Virus record (IMG/VR): IMGVR_UViG_3300011430_000011
Span: 1-63,600 of that record
Origin: a virus
Taxonomy: Duplodnaviria; Caudoviricetes
Length of the DNA stretch: 63,600 nucleotides
Strand: one strand, 5' to 3'
Positions 46,539 through 55,822 of the stretch are shown piece after piece; within the stretch, counting starts at the first letter, position 1, and every line of letters starts with the position of its first letter. The position numbers and the translations under genes were made by a program. The notes beneath the pieces are model-generated. The model made no database searches. It worked only from the letters and a program-made list of their open reading frames with translations, and was not told the DNA's origin.

Positions 46539-47510
46539 TTACGCTGCGAGCCCGGTGACCTTGTACACCGAGTAAGGGTTGGTGACGAACATCACAGGGG
46601 ACACCGAGGTCTGAACCCATGTGCGTTGACGCAGTGTCGGAGCACCCTCGACTGCTGTCTCGGTTTCCAGCGGGAACTCGACCCTCATCTCTCCAACCAT
46701 GCCTGAAGCGAGCGCGTAAGCCTCACCAGCTGTGACACGCGGAGACACGAAGATAGAGAGTCCTGCCGAGGCCAGGATGTCCAGAAGTCCCTGGCCATAG
46801 ATCGATCCAAGCCTGAGCCATTCCTGCGGATTCAGAAGCCAGAGATCGATGACAACACCAAGCTCGTCATTGTCCGACAGAGTCTGGATGTTCATGAAGT
46901 CGAATGCCGGCCACAGGTTGAAGTTCGATGCGCTTGAACCTGCGGTGATGACATCAGCCCAGCTGTTTCCCACGACCGACTGGCCATAGGTTGTGATCGC
47001 AGCATCGAGTTCAGCAATCGCGATCTGGTTGATCTTGCGAACGACTGTGTTGCCGAGCTGGCGAGTTCTCATCGTGAACTGCGAGACGTTGTTACGCTTG
47101 ATTGCCTCACGAGTCATGAAGTATTTCCCGCCCCACTTCTCAGGCTCAGCGACCTTGGGAGCCAAGCGAGTACCTGTGACGAGAGGGAACTCATCGCCAG
47201 GAGCAACTTGCTTGACATCACGATCGAGGTAGAGCTCGTTGGTGGTCAGAACGTCGTACACCACTGCGCCGCCAGTGACTCCCCCAGCCGATGTGAAGAC
47301 TCTGTCAGCGATGAACCGCTGAAGAGTCAGATCCATGATCATTTGTGTGATCCTGGTCGGTTGGTTGAGGGCAATGTCGACGGTATAGCTGGTACCGCTG
47401 ACAGTCGGAGGACCGAGAGGATGCTCGACTGCTTGCGCGAACGAAAGCTTCGACATCGACTCGTAGCTCAGAATGCCTTCCATGATTTCCTCCTCTCTAC
47501 GAGTCATCAC
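46539..47510 (-). CDS. Major capsid protein
   Basis: VAPGDEFP; KWGG; size and synteny. Confidence 0.85.
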   Translation of the reverse strand: MMTRREEEIMEGILSYESMSKLSFAQAVEHPLGPPTVSGTSYTVDIALNQPTRITQMIMDLTLQRFIADRVFTSAGGVTGGAVVYDVLTTNELYLDRDVKQVAPGDEFPLVTGTRLAPKVAEPEKWGGKYFMTREAIKRNNVSQFTMRTRQLGNTVVRKINQIAIAELDAAITTYGQSVVGNSWADVITAGSSASNFNLWPAFDFMNIQTLSDNDELGVVIDLWLLNPQEWLRLGSIYGQGLLDILASAGLSIFVSPRVTAGEAYALASGMVGEMRVEFPLETETAVEGAPTLRQRTWVQTSVSPVMFVTNPYSVYKVTGLAA

Positions 47511-47959
47511 GCCGCCGGTCCGAGATGCGAGTGGCCATGAATCTTGACGACAGCAATTGCGCCGATCCCTGTACAGTCAGCAAGAGCAATGCCGACTGAG
47601 TAACGGTTGGCAGCCACTGCGAAAGTGATCACACGACCAACTGAGTCAACCATCACTTCCACACCAGCTGAGATCGCCGCTCCACCTTCGCAGGGAAGAA
47701 CGAGACCAGGAGTTGCAAGAACTCCTACCTTACCCCCTGAGGCTGCATCTCTGTTTGCGACACCGAGGACTCTCTCAGCAGTCGCTGTGCAAGGACCGAC
47801 AACGATGTTACCGCCAAGCGCATCAGAGTCTAGACCGATGAAGCCACCACCCTGTGCATCTGCTGTGAGCTTCACAAATCTACGACCTGTGACTGCGCCC
47901 GAGCAATGAGCGGTGATGGTACCGCCAGGCTCGTAGATCGGGATGCAATCGTTTGCCAC
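47507..47959 (-). CDS. Capsid decoration/cement protein (DUF2190-like)
   Basis: GVA..DAA.G..V.V; I.AG..V..D..GR; VGIAL. Confidence 0.8.
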   Translation of the reverse strand: MANDCIPIYEPGGTITAHCSGAVTGRRFVKLTADAQGGGFIGLDSDALGGNIVVGPCTATAERVLGVANRDAASGGKVGVLATPGLVLPCEGGAAISAGVEVMVDSVGRVITFAVAANRYSVGIALADCTGIGAIAVVKIHGHSHLGPAA

Positions 47960-49492
47960 TTAGATCACCCTCTCGTTGTAGACACGAACACCCTGGTGAC
48001 CGTGTTCTGCCTCATGCTTCAACTTCGCTTCTCTGGCCGCGAGCTCAGGGAACCAACCTCTGGGATAAGCTTCCCCTCCAGCTGCCAGCTCGGACGGTGT
48101 CTGAGTGCCACGCTCTTCGACGGGAATCAGACCAGGAGACAGAGCTTCAATCGCCGTACGAGCACCTTCGCGATCTGACTTCATGTAGCTCTGCCAGTGT
48201 TCCATCCTGGCAGGAGGAAACTTACCCTCCTTTAGTGCAGCAGACAGGAATGCACCGTCTTCTGACTCGAGCTGAGTGGCACGAGCTGCTCTGCCATCGG
48301 CGGCACCTGCTCTGAGCTCTTCATACGCTTTCTTGTCGAGTGTTACCGTGTCCGCTGCCGAGTGCGACACCACCGGCTTCTTACCGGCCTCGGTCTCTTC
48401 ACCGTCGCCGTTATCAGTATCGTCTTCGGTATCGTCTTCGGTACCGTTACCGTTACCGTTACCGGCTTCGGTATCGGGATCAGTTCCTGCTGGCGTATCA
48501 CCGAGTGCCTGAGTCTGGAGCTTCGAATTGATCTGCTCCAGCGTCGCGTCCTCGGCGAGACCCAGCTTGGCAGCGAGATTCTTTCGCTTCTCTTCGTCCA
48601 TGCTCTGGCCTCCTTCGGGTCTTGTGACGCGACCAGACTCTTCGGCGGTCGCGTAGCTGGCCATGACCTTACGTCCTGCTTGCTCGATCCCCGCCACTAG
48701 ATAGCTGGCAGCATTCGATTTCTCTGTCTTCGTCTTCGGAACTGGGACGTACTTGACCTTGACTTCCTTCGGCTTCCCGAAGCTGATCTCATCATCGTCC
48801 CCGATGGTGAAGTCGACGAGATACAGTTCACCCTCCCACTCGTCTTCCACCACCAGCTGGTCGGGCTCGAGAAGAACCGCCTTGCACCACCATGAATAGT
48901 TCCCCTCGGACTCGAGCAGCTCGTAGTACGCCCGACGAACATCATCGACATTGACTGACATCAGGCTTCTTGACAACTGCTCTCCTCCCTTCACCATCGC
49001 TGTGCCTAGTTTGAGCACAACATCTTTTGGCTTCTTGTCGCCGTAGTACAGCGGAAGATCCTCTAGCGACATGCAACCTGGCCATTCAACTCCAAGAAGC
49101 TGGACTGCTGTGATTACAGCTTGCCAGGTTCCTCCTGAAGCAGTCTTGACTCCGTGAACTATCTCAACTGACCGACTAGGATATGCAGCCGGTAGAACTT
49201 CAGCGAGCCAAGCAGGAACTCCCTCGAAGTCTCCGTAAACCGTCTGTTCGTCCTCATCAAAACGCATGTTAGTGACACGACCGAAGCAAGGTTCAGTAAT
49301 TGCATCGCCGTGAGTATCTTCACTGTACGTCAACTTCAAACGAGGACTGGGTAGGGTCGGATCGTTATTCGCAGCCGCTACTGCATCCACGAGATCCTCT
49401 CGTGTGAAGGTTACTGGACCGTTCATCGCTGGCCACTTGTATCCGACCTCGACGAGAGGAACATTCGGGATGGTTACTAGCGACGGAGGCAT
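47960..49492 (-). CDS. Prohead protease/scaffold (Mu gpI-like)
   Basis: YP.RSVE; AV.LLG..P; LGL..DAT; A.KEGK.PPA. Confidence 0.85.
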   Translation of the reverse strand: MPPSLVTIPNVPLVEVGYKWPAMNGPVTFTREDLVDAVAAANNDPTLPSPRLKLTYSEDTHGDAITEPCFGRVTNMRFDEDEQTVYGDFEGVPAWLAEVLPAAYPSRSVEIVHGVKTASGGTWQAVITAVQLLGVEWPGCMSLEDLPLYYGDKKPKDVVLKLGTAMVKGGEQLSRSLMSVNVDDVRRAYYELLESEGNYSWWCKAVLLEPDQLVVEDEWEGELYLVDFTIGDDDEISFGKPKEVKVKYVPVPKTKTEKSNAASYLVAGIEQAGRKVMASYATAEESGRVTRPEGGQSMDEEKRKNLAAKLGLAEDATLEQINSKLQTQALGDTPAGTDPDTEAGNGNGNGTEDDTEDDTDNGDGEETEAGKKPVVSHSAADTVTLDKKAYEELRAGAADGRAARATQLESEDGAFLSAALKEGKFPPARMEHWQSYMKSDREGARTAIEALSPGLIPVEERGTQTPSELAAGGEAYPRGWFPELAAREAKLKHEAEHGHQGVRVYNERVI

Positions 49493-49494
49493 TG

Positions 49495-49659
49495 CTACGC
49501 CTTCTTACCTCCGTTTGCTCCAGGCTGCTTGTAGTACGGACCCATTGCAGGCAAGTTCTGGATCAGCTTCGGAGGATGAGCACCATCGCTTGATCCTTGC
49601 GGAACTTCGGTCTTGTCTCCGATCGGCTTGGCATTCGTACCTTCGACTTTGCTTGCCAT
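49495..49659 (-). CDS. Small hypothetical protein, 54 aa
   Basis: AAGGGAGG RBS. Confidence 0.55.
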   Translation of the reverse strand: MASKVEGTNAKPIGDKTEVPQGSSDGAHPPKLIQNLPAMGPYYKQPGANGGKKA

Positions 49660-49713
49660 TCTGGCCTCCCTTGGTTGCTGGGCACTATAGCTGGCCTGTC
49701 GGCCGTTGGCTAC

Positions 49714-50004
49714 TTACGGCGCTATCACCCGCTCAGGGCCGACAACAAAGCTCCTCTCGATTCTCACCGGAATAGGCAGTGTACACTGGATTTCATACCA
49801 GTGTGTACCCTCCAATGTTATGAGGAAACTTCCTTCGTACACACCTGGATCAAGTGTTGCATCAAGAGTTACTGCTGTGTAGGTTATTCCATCTGGGTGC
49901 TTCACATTGCACTCTGGATCAGTAGGAATCAGAGGGGTTTTGTCACGTTGTCTGAATACCCCCTGAAGGATCACAAGATTTCCGGGCTCATACATCTTTG
50001 TCAT
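49714..50004 (-). CDS. Small Ig/BppU-like structural protein
   Basis: P.G....GVY......G.H.Y; ERSF.V. Confidence 0.6.
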   Translation of the reverse strand: MTKMYEPGNLVILQGVFRQRDKTPLIPTDPECNVKHPDGITYTAVTLDATLDPGVYEGSFLITLEGTHWYEIQCTLPIPVRIERSFVVGPERVIAP

Positions 50005-51236
50005 ATCAGGGAGTCCTTTGCCTCGATTGATGGTCCCTCAAAGTCTTCAGCATCAATTGTCGCAGCACTGAGGGTCGTTGACTCTATGGTACCTACTGCT
50101 TCATCTGAAGCTCGCACAGTCCCAAATCTGATCGCTGCGATCAGAGTCCTTATTCCACGAGCGAGCGCTCCAGCAATAGCAGTTCCAGTCTTACCAATAT
50201 TGATGTTCCTGAAACCTATTGCGAGCGCCCCTGCTATCGCTGCCCCCTGTCGGACAAACTCCAAAGCTTTTGCACCAGACCCTCTTGCACCAGCTATGGC
50301 TGTTCCCGCTTTGCTACGCTCCTCCATGTCTGCTCCTGACGCCGTTGCTCCAGAGACAGCAGTTCCTGTTTCATAATACTCTTCCTGAGCGACCCCTGTC
50401 GCTGACGCTCCTGAGCGAGCAGTACCTGTCTTCGTTCCTTCAGCACTACTCTGGCCAGAGCCTTGTGCACCAGAGACAGCAGTGCCAGTCTCAGAGTATT
50501 CAGCAACATCAGCACCAGCAGCGACTGCCCCTGCAATCGCTGTTCCTTCTTTCGGAGCAGACTCCTTTGCACTAGCTCCAGATCCTTGCACACCTGCAAC
50601 AGCTGTACCCATTTCAGAGAACTCTGAAATATCAGCGCCAGTAGAAGTTGCTCCCGCAATGGCCATGCCGCTCTTACCAGCAGATTCTTTGATACCGATC
50701 CCTGCACTCATTGCACCAGCTATCGCTGTTCCAGTCTCTGAGTGCTCAGCAACATCTGCACCTTGAGATTGCACTCCAGCACGGGCAGTACCAGCCTCTA
50801 CCGCTTCAAAGACATCTGTCCCAGTACTCTGCGCGCCGGCAATAGCAGTACCGCCACGGCCTATCTCCTTTTGCTGATCGCCGGTTCCTTGCGCTCCAGC
50901 CATTGCAGTCCCCGCTTCAACGGCCTCAAAAACATCCGCTCCAGAGCCTTGAACTCCAGCTATCGCCAATCCATTCTTAGACTTCTCTGTCGTCCTTGAT
51001 CCTGTGGCGGTCGCACCAGAGAAAGCTGTACCGGCTTCTACAGCTTCCCAAGCTCCCTCCCCTGCTCCAAGCCCAACTGCCCTCGCGGTCCCAAACTCTA
51101 CGAACTCAGAAACATCTGCGCCAGCCGCAGTTGCACCAGACATCGCTACGCCAGATTTGTTGTAAGTCTCCGGAGGTTGGCTGAAACCTTTACGAATAAT
51201 TGGTGGTGCTGGCTGTGCGCGACCGAGACGTGACAT
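50001..51236 (-). CDS. Gly/Ala-rich repeat fibre-like protein
   Basis: Many ~20-aa repeats of GTAxAGAxxxGADxxExxE. Confidence 0.8.
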   Translation of the reverse strand: MSRLGRAQPAPPIIRKGFSQPPETYNKSGVAMSGATAAGADVSEFVEFGTARAVGLGAGEGAWEAVEAGTAFSGATATGSRTTEKSKNGLAIAGVQGSGADVFEAVEAGTAMAGAQGTGDQQKEIGRGGTAIAGAQSTGTDVFEAVEAGTARAGVQSQGADVAEHSETGTAIAGAMSAGIGIKESAGKSGMAIAGATSTGADISEFSEMGTAVAGVQGSGASAKESAPKEGTAIAGAVAAGADVAEYSETGTAVSGAQGSGQSSAEGTKTGTARSGASATGVAQEEYYETGTAVSGATASGADMEERSKAGTAIAGARGSGAKALEFVRQGAAIAGALAIGFRNINIGKTGTAIAGALARGIRTLIAAIRFGTVRASDEAVGTIESTTLSAATIDAEDFEGPSIEAKDSLI

Positions 51237-51707
51237 CTAACAGCGACTCACACTCATGGTTGCTCGAATATCTACACCTGCTGGAGCATTCGCACGGATT
51301 GCCCAACCTTCTGCTAGCGCACAGTCGTACTCATCACCAAGAGGAATGTCGTACCACAGTACTCCCATGAAAGCGGCGATTGTAGCCTCGTCGATGACTG
51401 TAAGAGTTGTGGGCTCAGCAGTCCAGGTCTTTCCAGCAGTGAACCCAGCCGTGAGCACACGACCATTCTTCTGAACTGGTGTGACCGATGTCGAGTTAGT
51501 TCCTGGCGAGTTGGTGGCCCAGGTTGAGTAGCAGATTTCGATGAGCACCGGAACAGCTGAGGCAGAGACACCAAGCACTCCTATCTTCAGCTTTCTGAGC
51601 AAAAGACCTGAGTTCGCATGTGCCTTCGCTCCCAAAATCGACTTTGCTGTGGCAGCAGTCAGAGTGATCGCGCCACCAGTGGGAATTGAATACTCAGGAG
51701 CTGACAT
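51237..51707 (-). CDS. Beta-rich putative virion protein
   Basis: GGAGGAG RBS; Thr/Ala-rich. Confidence 0.7.
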   Translation of the reverse strand: MSAPEYSIPTGGAITLTAATAKSILGAKAHANSGLLLRKLKIGVLGVSASAVPVLIEICYSTWATNSPGTNSTSVTPVQKNGRVLTAGFTAGKTWTAEPTTLTVIDEATIAAFMGVLWYDIPLGDEYDCALAEGWAIRANAPAGVDIRATMSVSRC

Positions 51708-51906
51708 TTGACCACTCCTCCAAAAGATCGTTATTTCTTGCTTCTGACTCTTGCTCAGAGAACACACCAACAACATCAAGATTTCCAAGAGATTGGTCGT
51801 GTGCAAATTGGGTCTCAGCATCTTCCTTGCTGTACGGCCCTAGACGACGTTCACCTGGCCACGGTGGAATCTTGAAATGTTCGTCTCGAACGTGAATGTA
51901 ATACAT
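51694..51906 (-). CDS. Small hypothetical protein
   Basis: AAGGAGG RBS. Confidence 0.65.
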   Translation of the reverse strand: MYYIHVRDEHFKIPPWPGERRLGPYSKEDAETQFAHDQSLGNLDVVGVFSEQESEARNNDLLEEWSNVSS

Positions 51907-51915
51907 GATCCTCCT

Positions 51916-53691
51916 TTACCAGCGCGAAGCGCGCGTGACAGCGGGGCTAGGAACAATTATCGGTGGTGGTGGTACAGTGACAAGAGATTGCTCAGTGATT
52001 GTCTGGGTGAAGGTGATGAATGAATCTCCAGCCGCACCACCTGTTGTACCATCAAATGAAATCTGAGCATTGTGCCCTGAGATCATAGAAGTATTTCCAC
52101 AATCATCGAGGTAAAGACGCAATCGTATTCTTTTCCCAGCAGTAACAGAGACATCATCGCCAGAAATCCACGCTTCGTAAGCACCATCCGAAGTTCCTAT
52201 TTCACCAACAGAGCCATTGGTCGTAAGGGCTTCTATGTTAGCGATTCCCCATGTTGAGGCGTTCCCTCCATCACTGTCACAAACTGCTATCTCAGCCTTT
52301 AGACTCGCATTGGCGCCAGCATTGCTGACGAAGGCTCTGATATTCGCCAACACAAGAGAGCCAAGGGTGAAAGCCTCTACTGTTTTTGAATACCACTCTA
52401 CAAGAAGTTGTCCAGGATCACCAGACGACGATCGCTTGAACTGAACCGGAGTTGCCCAACCCGCCACGGTGTCACAACCAATATTAGCTGCGCCTCCATT
52501 TCCTCTTGCGGTCCACATTTCATAGGGTTGCCCATTTCCTAGAGTGTAGTAGACCTTTACACGAACTCTGTCTATGCTAATAGCTATGTCGGATCCTGAC
52601 GGAAATGAAATGCGAACACCAAAGTCAACATCTTCCACAATCGCTTCTGTCAAAATCTGAGTGAAATATTCGGAAGAGAACAGTATAGTAGCTACTGACT
52701 CAGCTGTTCCCAGCGGAAGCGACAGAGTTTGAGAAAGAGCGGTCGTTCCGTCAGCCCCAACAAAAACAACATCGGCAAAATCAGTCCCGGCGTCTACTTT
52801 TCCTTCTATTTCAGCCTCTAGAGCAAATGGCACAGCACCAGCAGGTAAGGCAAGACCAAGTTGCTTCCCATACAAGTAATCAGTCGGAAGAGTAGGGGTC
52901 GTGACCGAGGTTGTGTATACATCATCACTCGATGCAGCATTGCTTGGACTTGCCCATGCGGCACCGCCGCCATTATCAGCACTTGAAAACGCACCTGGAA
53001 CTACCCATCCCGTATCTTGAACGAATCCTTCACCTGGTTCATTGTTTTTCAAGTAGAGAGTTGAACCTGTTGGAGTAGTTGTTATGAATCCAAACGTCTC
53101 AGTGAAGGTGATGAAGCTGTCACCATCAGCCCCACCAACATCATCATCGAATCCAAGGCTAAAGTTGAATCCAGAGCCCATTGTTCCAGCATCATCACCG
53201 AATACTCGAACTCTGATTCTGTCACCTTTGAGGAATGAAACATCGGTGTAGTCGGCATCAGTCATTCCAGTTGTGAAGTTGTTGACAGCCCTGGTTGTAA
53301 CCGCAACTTCTGTCACCCGAGTGCTTTTCACAACATTGGTAATTGCACCGTTTAGGGCAGCTACCTTGTCGATTACGACGTTAATTGCCACATTCGCATT
53401 CATGCTGCTTTCAGAGGCCCATAAGTTTGCGGTGATCGTCCCAGACATTGTAAAGTCCTGGTCTACAGGCTCAGACAAAAATTCGAATGGCAAACCACCT
53501 ATACCTTCAGTAACCTCGATGCCAAGAGTTGCCCCACCAACAGTAGCCGTAGAATGAGCAACCAAAGTTGTCCCGGCCGTAGGAGACAGCAATTTGGCAA
53601 TCCACCCAGATGCAGCTCCGGCGAGGTTGGCAGTATTTGTGCCTCGGTGGGCAGATGCTGGCGCAATTCGAAGAAAAGTAGTTGTTGACAT
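51916..53691 (-). CDS. Beta-rich adhesin/fibre-like protein with internal domain duplication
   Basis: G.RIR.R..DD...S..FD...GGA.GDSFITFT.T occurs twice. Confidence 0.75.
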   Translation of the reverse strand: MSTTTFLRIAPASAHRGTNTANLAGAASGWIAKLLSPTAGTTLVAHSTATVGGATLGIEVTEGIGGLPFEFLSEPVDQDFTMSGTITANLWASESSMNANVAINVVIDKVAALNGAITNVVKSTRVTEVAVTTRAVNNFTTGMTDADYTDVSFLKGDRIRVRVFGDDAGTMGSGFNFSLGFDDDVGGADGDSFITFTETFGFITTTPTGSTLYLKNNEPGEGFVQDTGWVVPGAFSSADNGGGAAWASPSNAASSDDVYTTSVTTPTLPTDYLYGKQLGLALPAGAVPFALEAEIEGKVDAGTDFADVVFVGADGTTALSQTLSLPLGTAESVATILFSSEYFTQILTEAIVEDVDFGVRISFPSGSDIAISIDRVRVKVYYTLGNGQPYEMWTARGNGGAANIGCDTVAGWATPVQFKRSSSGDPGQLLVEWYSKTVEAFTLGSLVLANIRAFVSNAGANASLKAEIAVCDSDGGNASTWGIANIEALTTNGSVGEIGTSDGAYEAWISGDDVSVTAGKRIRLRLYLDDCGNTSMISGHNAQISFDGTTGGAAGDSFITFTQTITEQSLVTVPPPPIIVPSPAVTRASRW

Positions 53692-53925
53692 CTAACTCAC
53701 CCACCACCGACGCCACGGACGCCATCTAGGTTTTTGAGCGACTGTCCACCACGGAGGCCACCCGTCAAGGCGGAACAGAAGACGCTTCCACCAAGGGCTT
53801 GAAAGTGTATCTAGTCTTTTTGCCCACAACACGAGAGTGTCTGCGTGCTGATCTTTGTTTACAGTCAGCGAGACGATCTCTGCACGCAAATTCTCGATAT
53901 CAGTCAACTTGCCCCTAGACGCCAC
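53692..53925 (-). CDS. Small Trp/Arg-rich protein
   Basis: PWWKRL...WRPWRRWW. Confidence 0.6.
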   Translation of the reverse strand: MASRGKLTDIENLRAEIVSLTVNKDQHADTLVLWAKRLDTLSSPWWKRLLFRLDGWPPWWTVAQKPRWRPWRRWWVS

Positions 53926-54575
53926 GCGGGGTCATACCCGAATCGTTGACCAAGAAGACAATCGCCGCCACCCGGCCCTTGGTTGACGTAGAAGCCATAG
54001 TAGGCGTATCCGTACGAGTGTTGCTTCTTGCGTCCAGTATTCGTAGCCGTGAACGTCACGTAAGAGAGGACGGCCTTGCCCCACAGGGCGGGGTCGGCGT
54101 TCGACCCTTCGATCGGTTGCATGTCGTCGCCGTCAAGGTCGTAGTCCGGGCCGAGGATGCAGGCGACATGCTCCCCGGTAACGGTCTGAGTATGCGGACC
54201 AGATCTGACCGTCACCGTTACCTCGATGTCTTCAGTGGCAGACCGGGCGTAGTGGATGTCCTCCCCAGTGTCGGCGTAAAAGCACTTCGTGATCGACGCC
54301 GTGTGGCCTGGCTCGAACACACCTGAAAATGACATCTCCATGTGATCGTCAGAGTCCCACAAGCACCACTCGTAATTGAAGCCGTGGAATGATGGGTTCA
54401 CGACCCACAGAGAGAAGTCTCGCTGCAACGCACCACCTTGCGTCCACTGCTCGACAGGCTCGTTGAAATTCTGTGAGTAGGTGCGCCAGGAGCCATCTGT
54501 CGGTTTCGCGGGTGCTGCTGACGAGGCAAGAGCCAACCCCGTCAGCAGAGACAAGATGACTAGAGATTTCTTCAT
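53904..54575 (-). CDS. Secreted protein of unknown function
   Basis: MKKSLVILSLLTGLALASSAAPA signal peptide. Confidence 0.7.
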   Translation of the reverse strand: MKKSLVILSLLTGLALASSAAPAKPTDGSWRTYSQNFNEPVEQWTQGGALQRDFSLWVVNPSFHGFNYEWCLWDSDDHMEMSFSGVFEPGHTASITKCFYADTGEDIHYARSATEDIEVTVTVRSGPHTQTVTGEHVACILGPDYDLDGDDMQPIEGSNADPALWGKAVLSYVTFTATNTGRKKQHSYGYAYYGFYVNQGPGGGDCLLGQRFGYDPAWRLGAS

Positions 54576-54576
54576 T

Positions 54577-55143
54577 CTAGTGAAGTAGTTCGATTGCAGG
54601 TGTCACCTTGATGATGTCGTTCTGAGCGAGCACGACTGCCGTCAGATCATCGAAGTTCACTTGGGCAACGCACTTGTCGCCTGTGGTTGAGAGGATATCA
54701 GAGTAGAAGAAACCGTTTACCGTCCCACCTGTAGCACCGACAGTCGGAAATGTGACCTGCGGATAGGTCGTCTTCCTACCTGTCGTCCCATCATCAGCAA
54801 TCGCTCCCCAGGTAGCTGTTGCAAGCTCCTGACGCACATAGTTCGTCCAGGCTGACTCTGTGATGTTCGCCATCGTCTGAGCCTCGGTGATGACTGTCGA
54901 GGCAGTCTGAGATGAGAACAAACACAAATAAATCGATGTCAGCCGTGTATCGTTCTTTGGGAACTGGCCAAGATAGATGTTAAGCCCTTCCTCTGGGAAG
55001 ATCTCAGCCATGAATTCATGAAGCATCTTGTCGATCTTGCTTGACCTGGCATAACCATTCCTTCGAACAGCCCTTGCGATCTTTAGAGCTTCAAAGAAAT
55101 GCCACTGCTGACCGGGAAGAATCACTCCACCGTTACTCCGCAT
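54577..55143 (-). CDS. Putative virion fibre-anchor protein
   Basis: Y..LF; E....Y.RQ; VTFP; V...D.IKVT pattern seen in fibre modules. Confidence 0.65.
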   Translation of the reverse strand: MRSNGGVILPGQQWHFFEALKIARAVRRNGYARSSKIDKMLHEFMAEIFPEEGLNIYLGQFPKNDTRLTSIYLCLFSSQTASTVITEAQTMANITESAWTNYVRQELATATWGAIADDGTTGRKTTYPQVTFPTVGATGGTVNGFFYSDILSTTGDKCVAQVNFDDLTAVVLAQNDIIKVTPAIELLH

Positions 55144-55555
55144 CACTGACCTCCTCGAATGCTTTGGCCTCAGTCTCTGCATGCAACCGAGCTTCAACAG
55201 CACTCTTCAAGATCTCTTGAGAGTCAACTGCTGTTAGAGGGTCTTTCTTGTCGAGAACTCTGGTGTTGATCTCGTCGTGAAGATCCTGATGTGGGTCTCC
55301 TACCTTTTCGACAACTTTGTGCACTTGGATGTTACCATCTTCATCAGCTGTCGATAGCCCGAGCACACCACAATTCGGACAAACCCCCTCGCCGAAGTGA
55401 ACGCCCTCTTCGAAGCTCTCGACAGGCTCACCTGTGAGAAGAGCTCGACCTTCAGGAGTCATCCCTCCAGCAAATCTCCCCTCCTGTTTGCGTGATCCCA
55501 GTGTACACATCGTGTTCTGACACAGGAATACCGCTCTCTCTTCGATCACACTCAT
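55133..55555 (-). CDS. Zn-binding hypothetical protein
   Basis: CQN..C; CPNCG. Confidence 0.65.
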   Translation of the reverse strand: MSVIEERAVFLCQNTMCTLGSRKQEGRFAGGMTPEGRALLTGEPVESFEEGVHFGEGVCPNCGVLGLSTADEDGNIQVHKVVEKVGDPHQDLHDEINTRVLDKKDPLTAVDSQEILKSAVEARLHAETEAKAFEEVSDAE

Positions 55556-55806
55556 GAAATAACTCCTTTCGGCTCAGGAATTGGACCGGCCGGTAGGTGA
55601 ATCGGGAAACCACCACAACTGTCGCATTGTCTGGGTGTGTCGTCAACTGTCGTGAAGAGATTCTCACAACAGGGACAGAGCTGCACCTTCTCTTTTGAGC
55701 GGTCGAAGGTCAGATCAGCAACCTTACGCTTGGCTCGACCATGAACGCAGCAAACTACGACAGCCCCTGATGCCTTGAATCTAGCTCCTGCTGTCCCACC
55801 TGGCAT
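55552..55806 (-). CDS. Cys-rich small protein
   Basis: AAGGAGGGAG RBS; CCVH, CPCC, CDSC. Confidence 0.65.
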   Translation of the reverse strand: MPGGTAGARFKASGAVVVCCVHGRAKRKVADLTFDRSKEKVQLCPCCENLFTTVDDTPRQCDSCGGFPIHLPAGPIPEPKGVIS

Positions 55807-55822
55807 GTTCGCTCCCTCCTTA

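Noticed and set aside
48410-48470. CCGTTA and TCTTCGGTATCG tandem repeats
   Set aside because: Encode the low-complexity GNGNGN/DDTED linker of the scaffold
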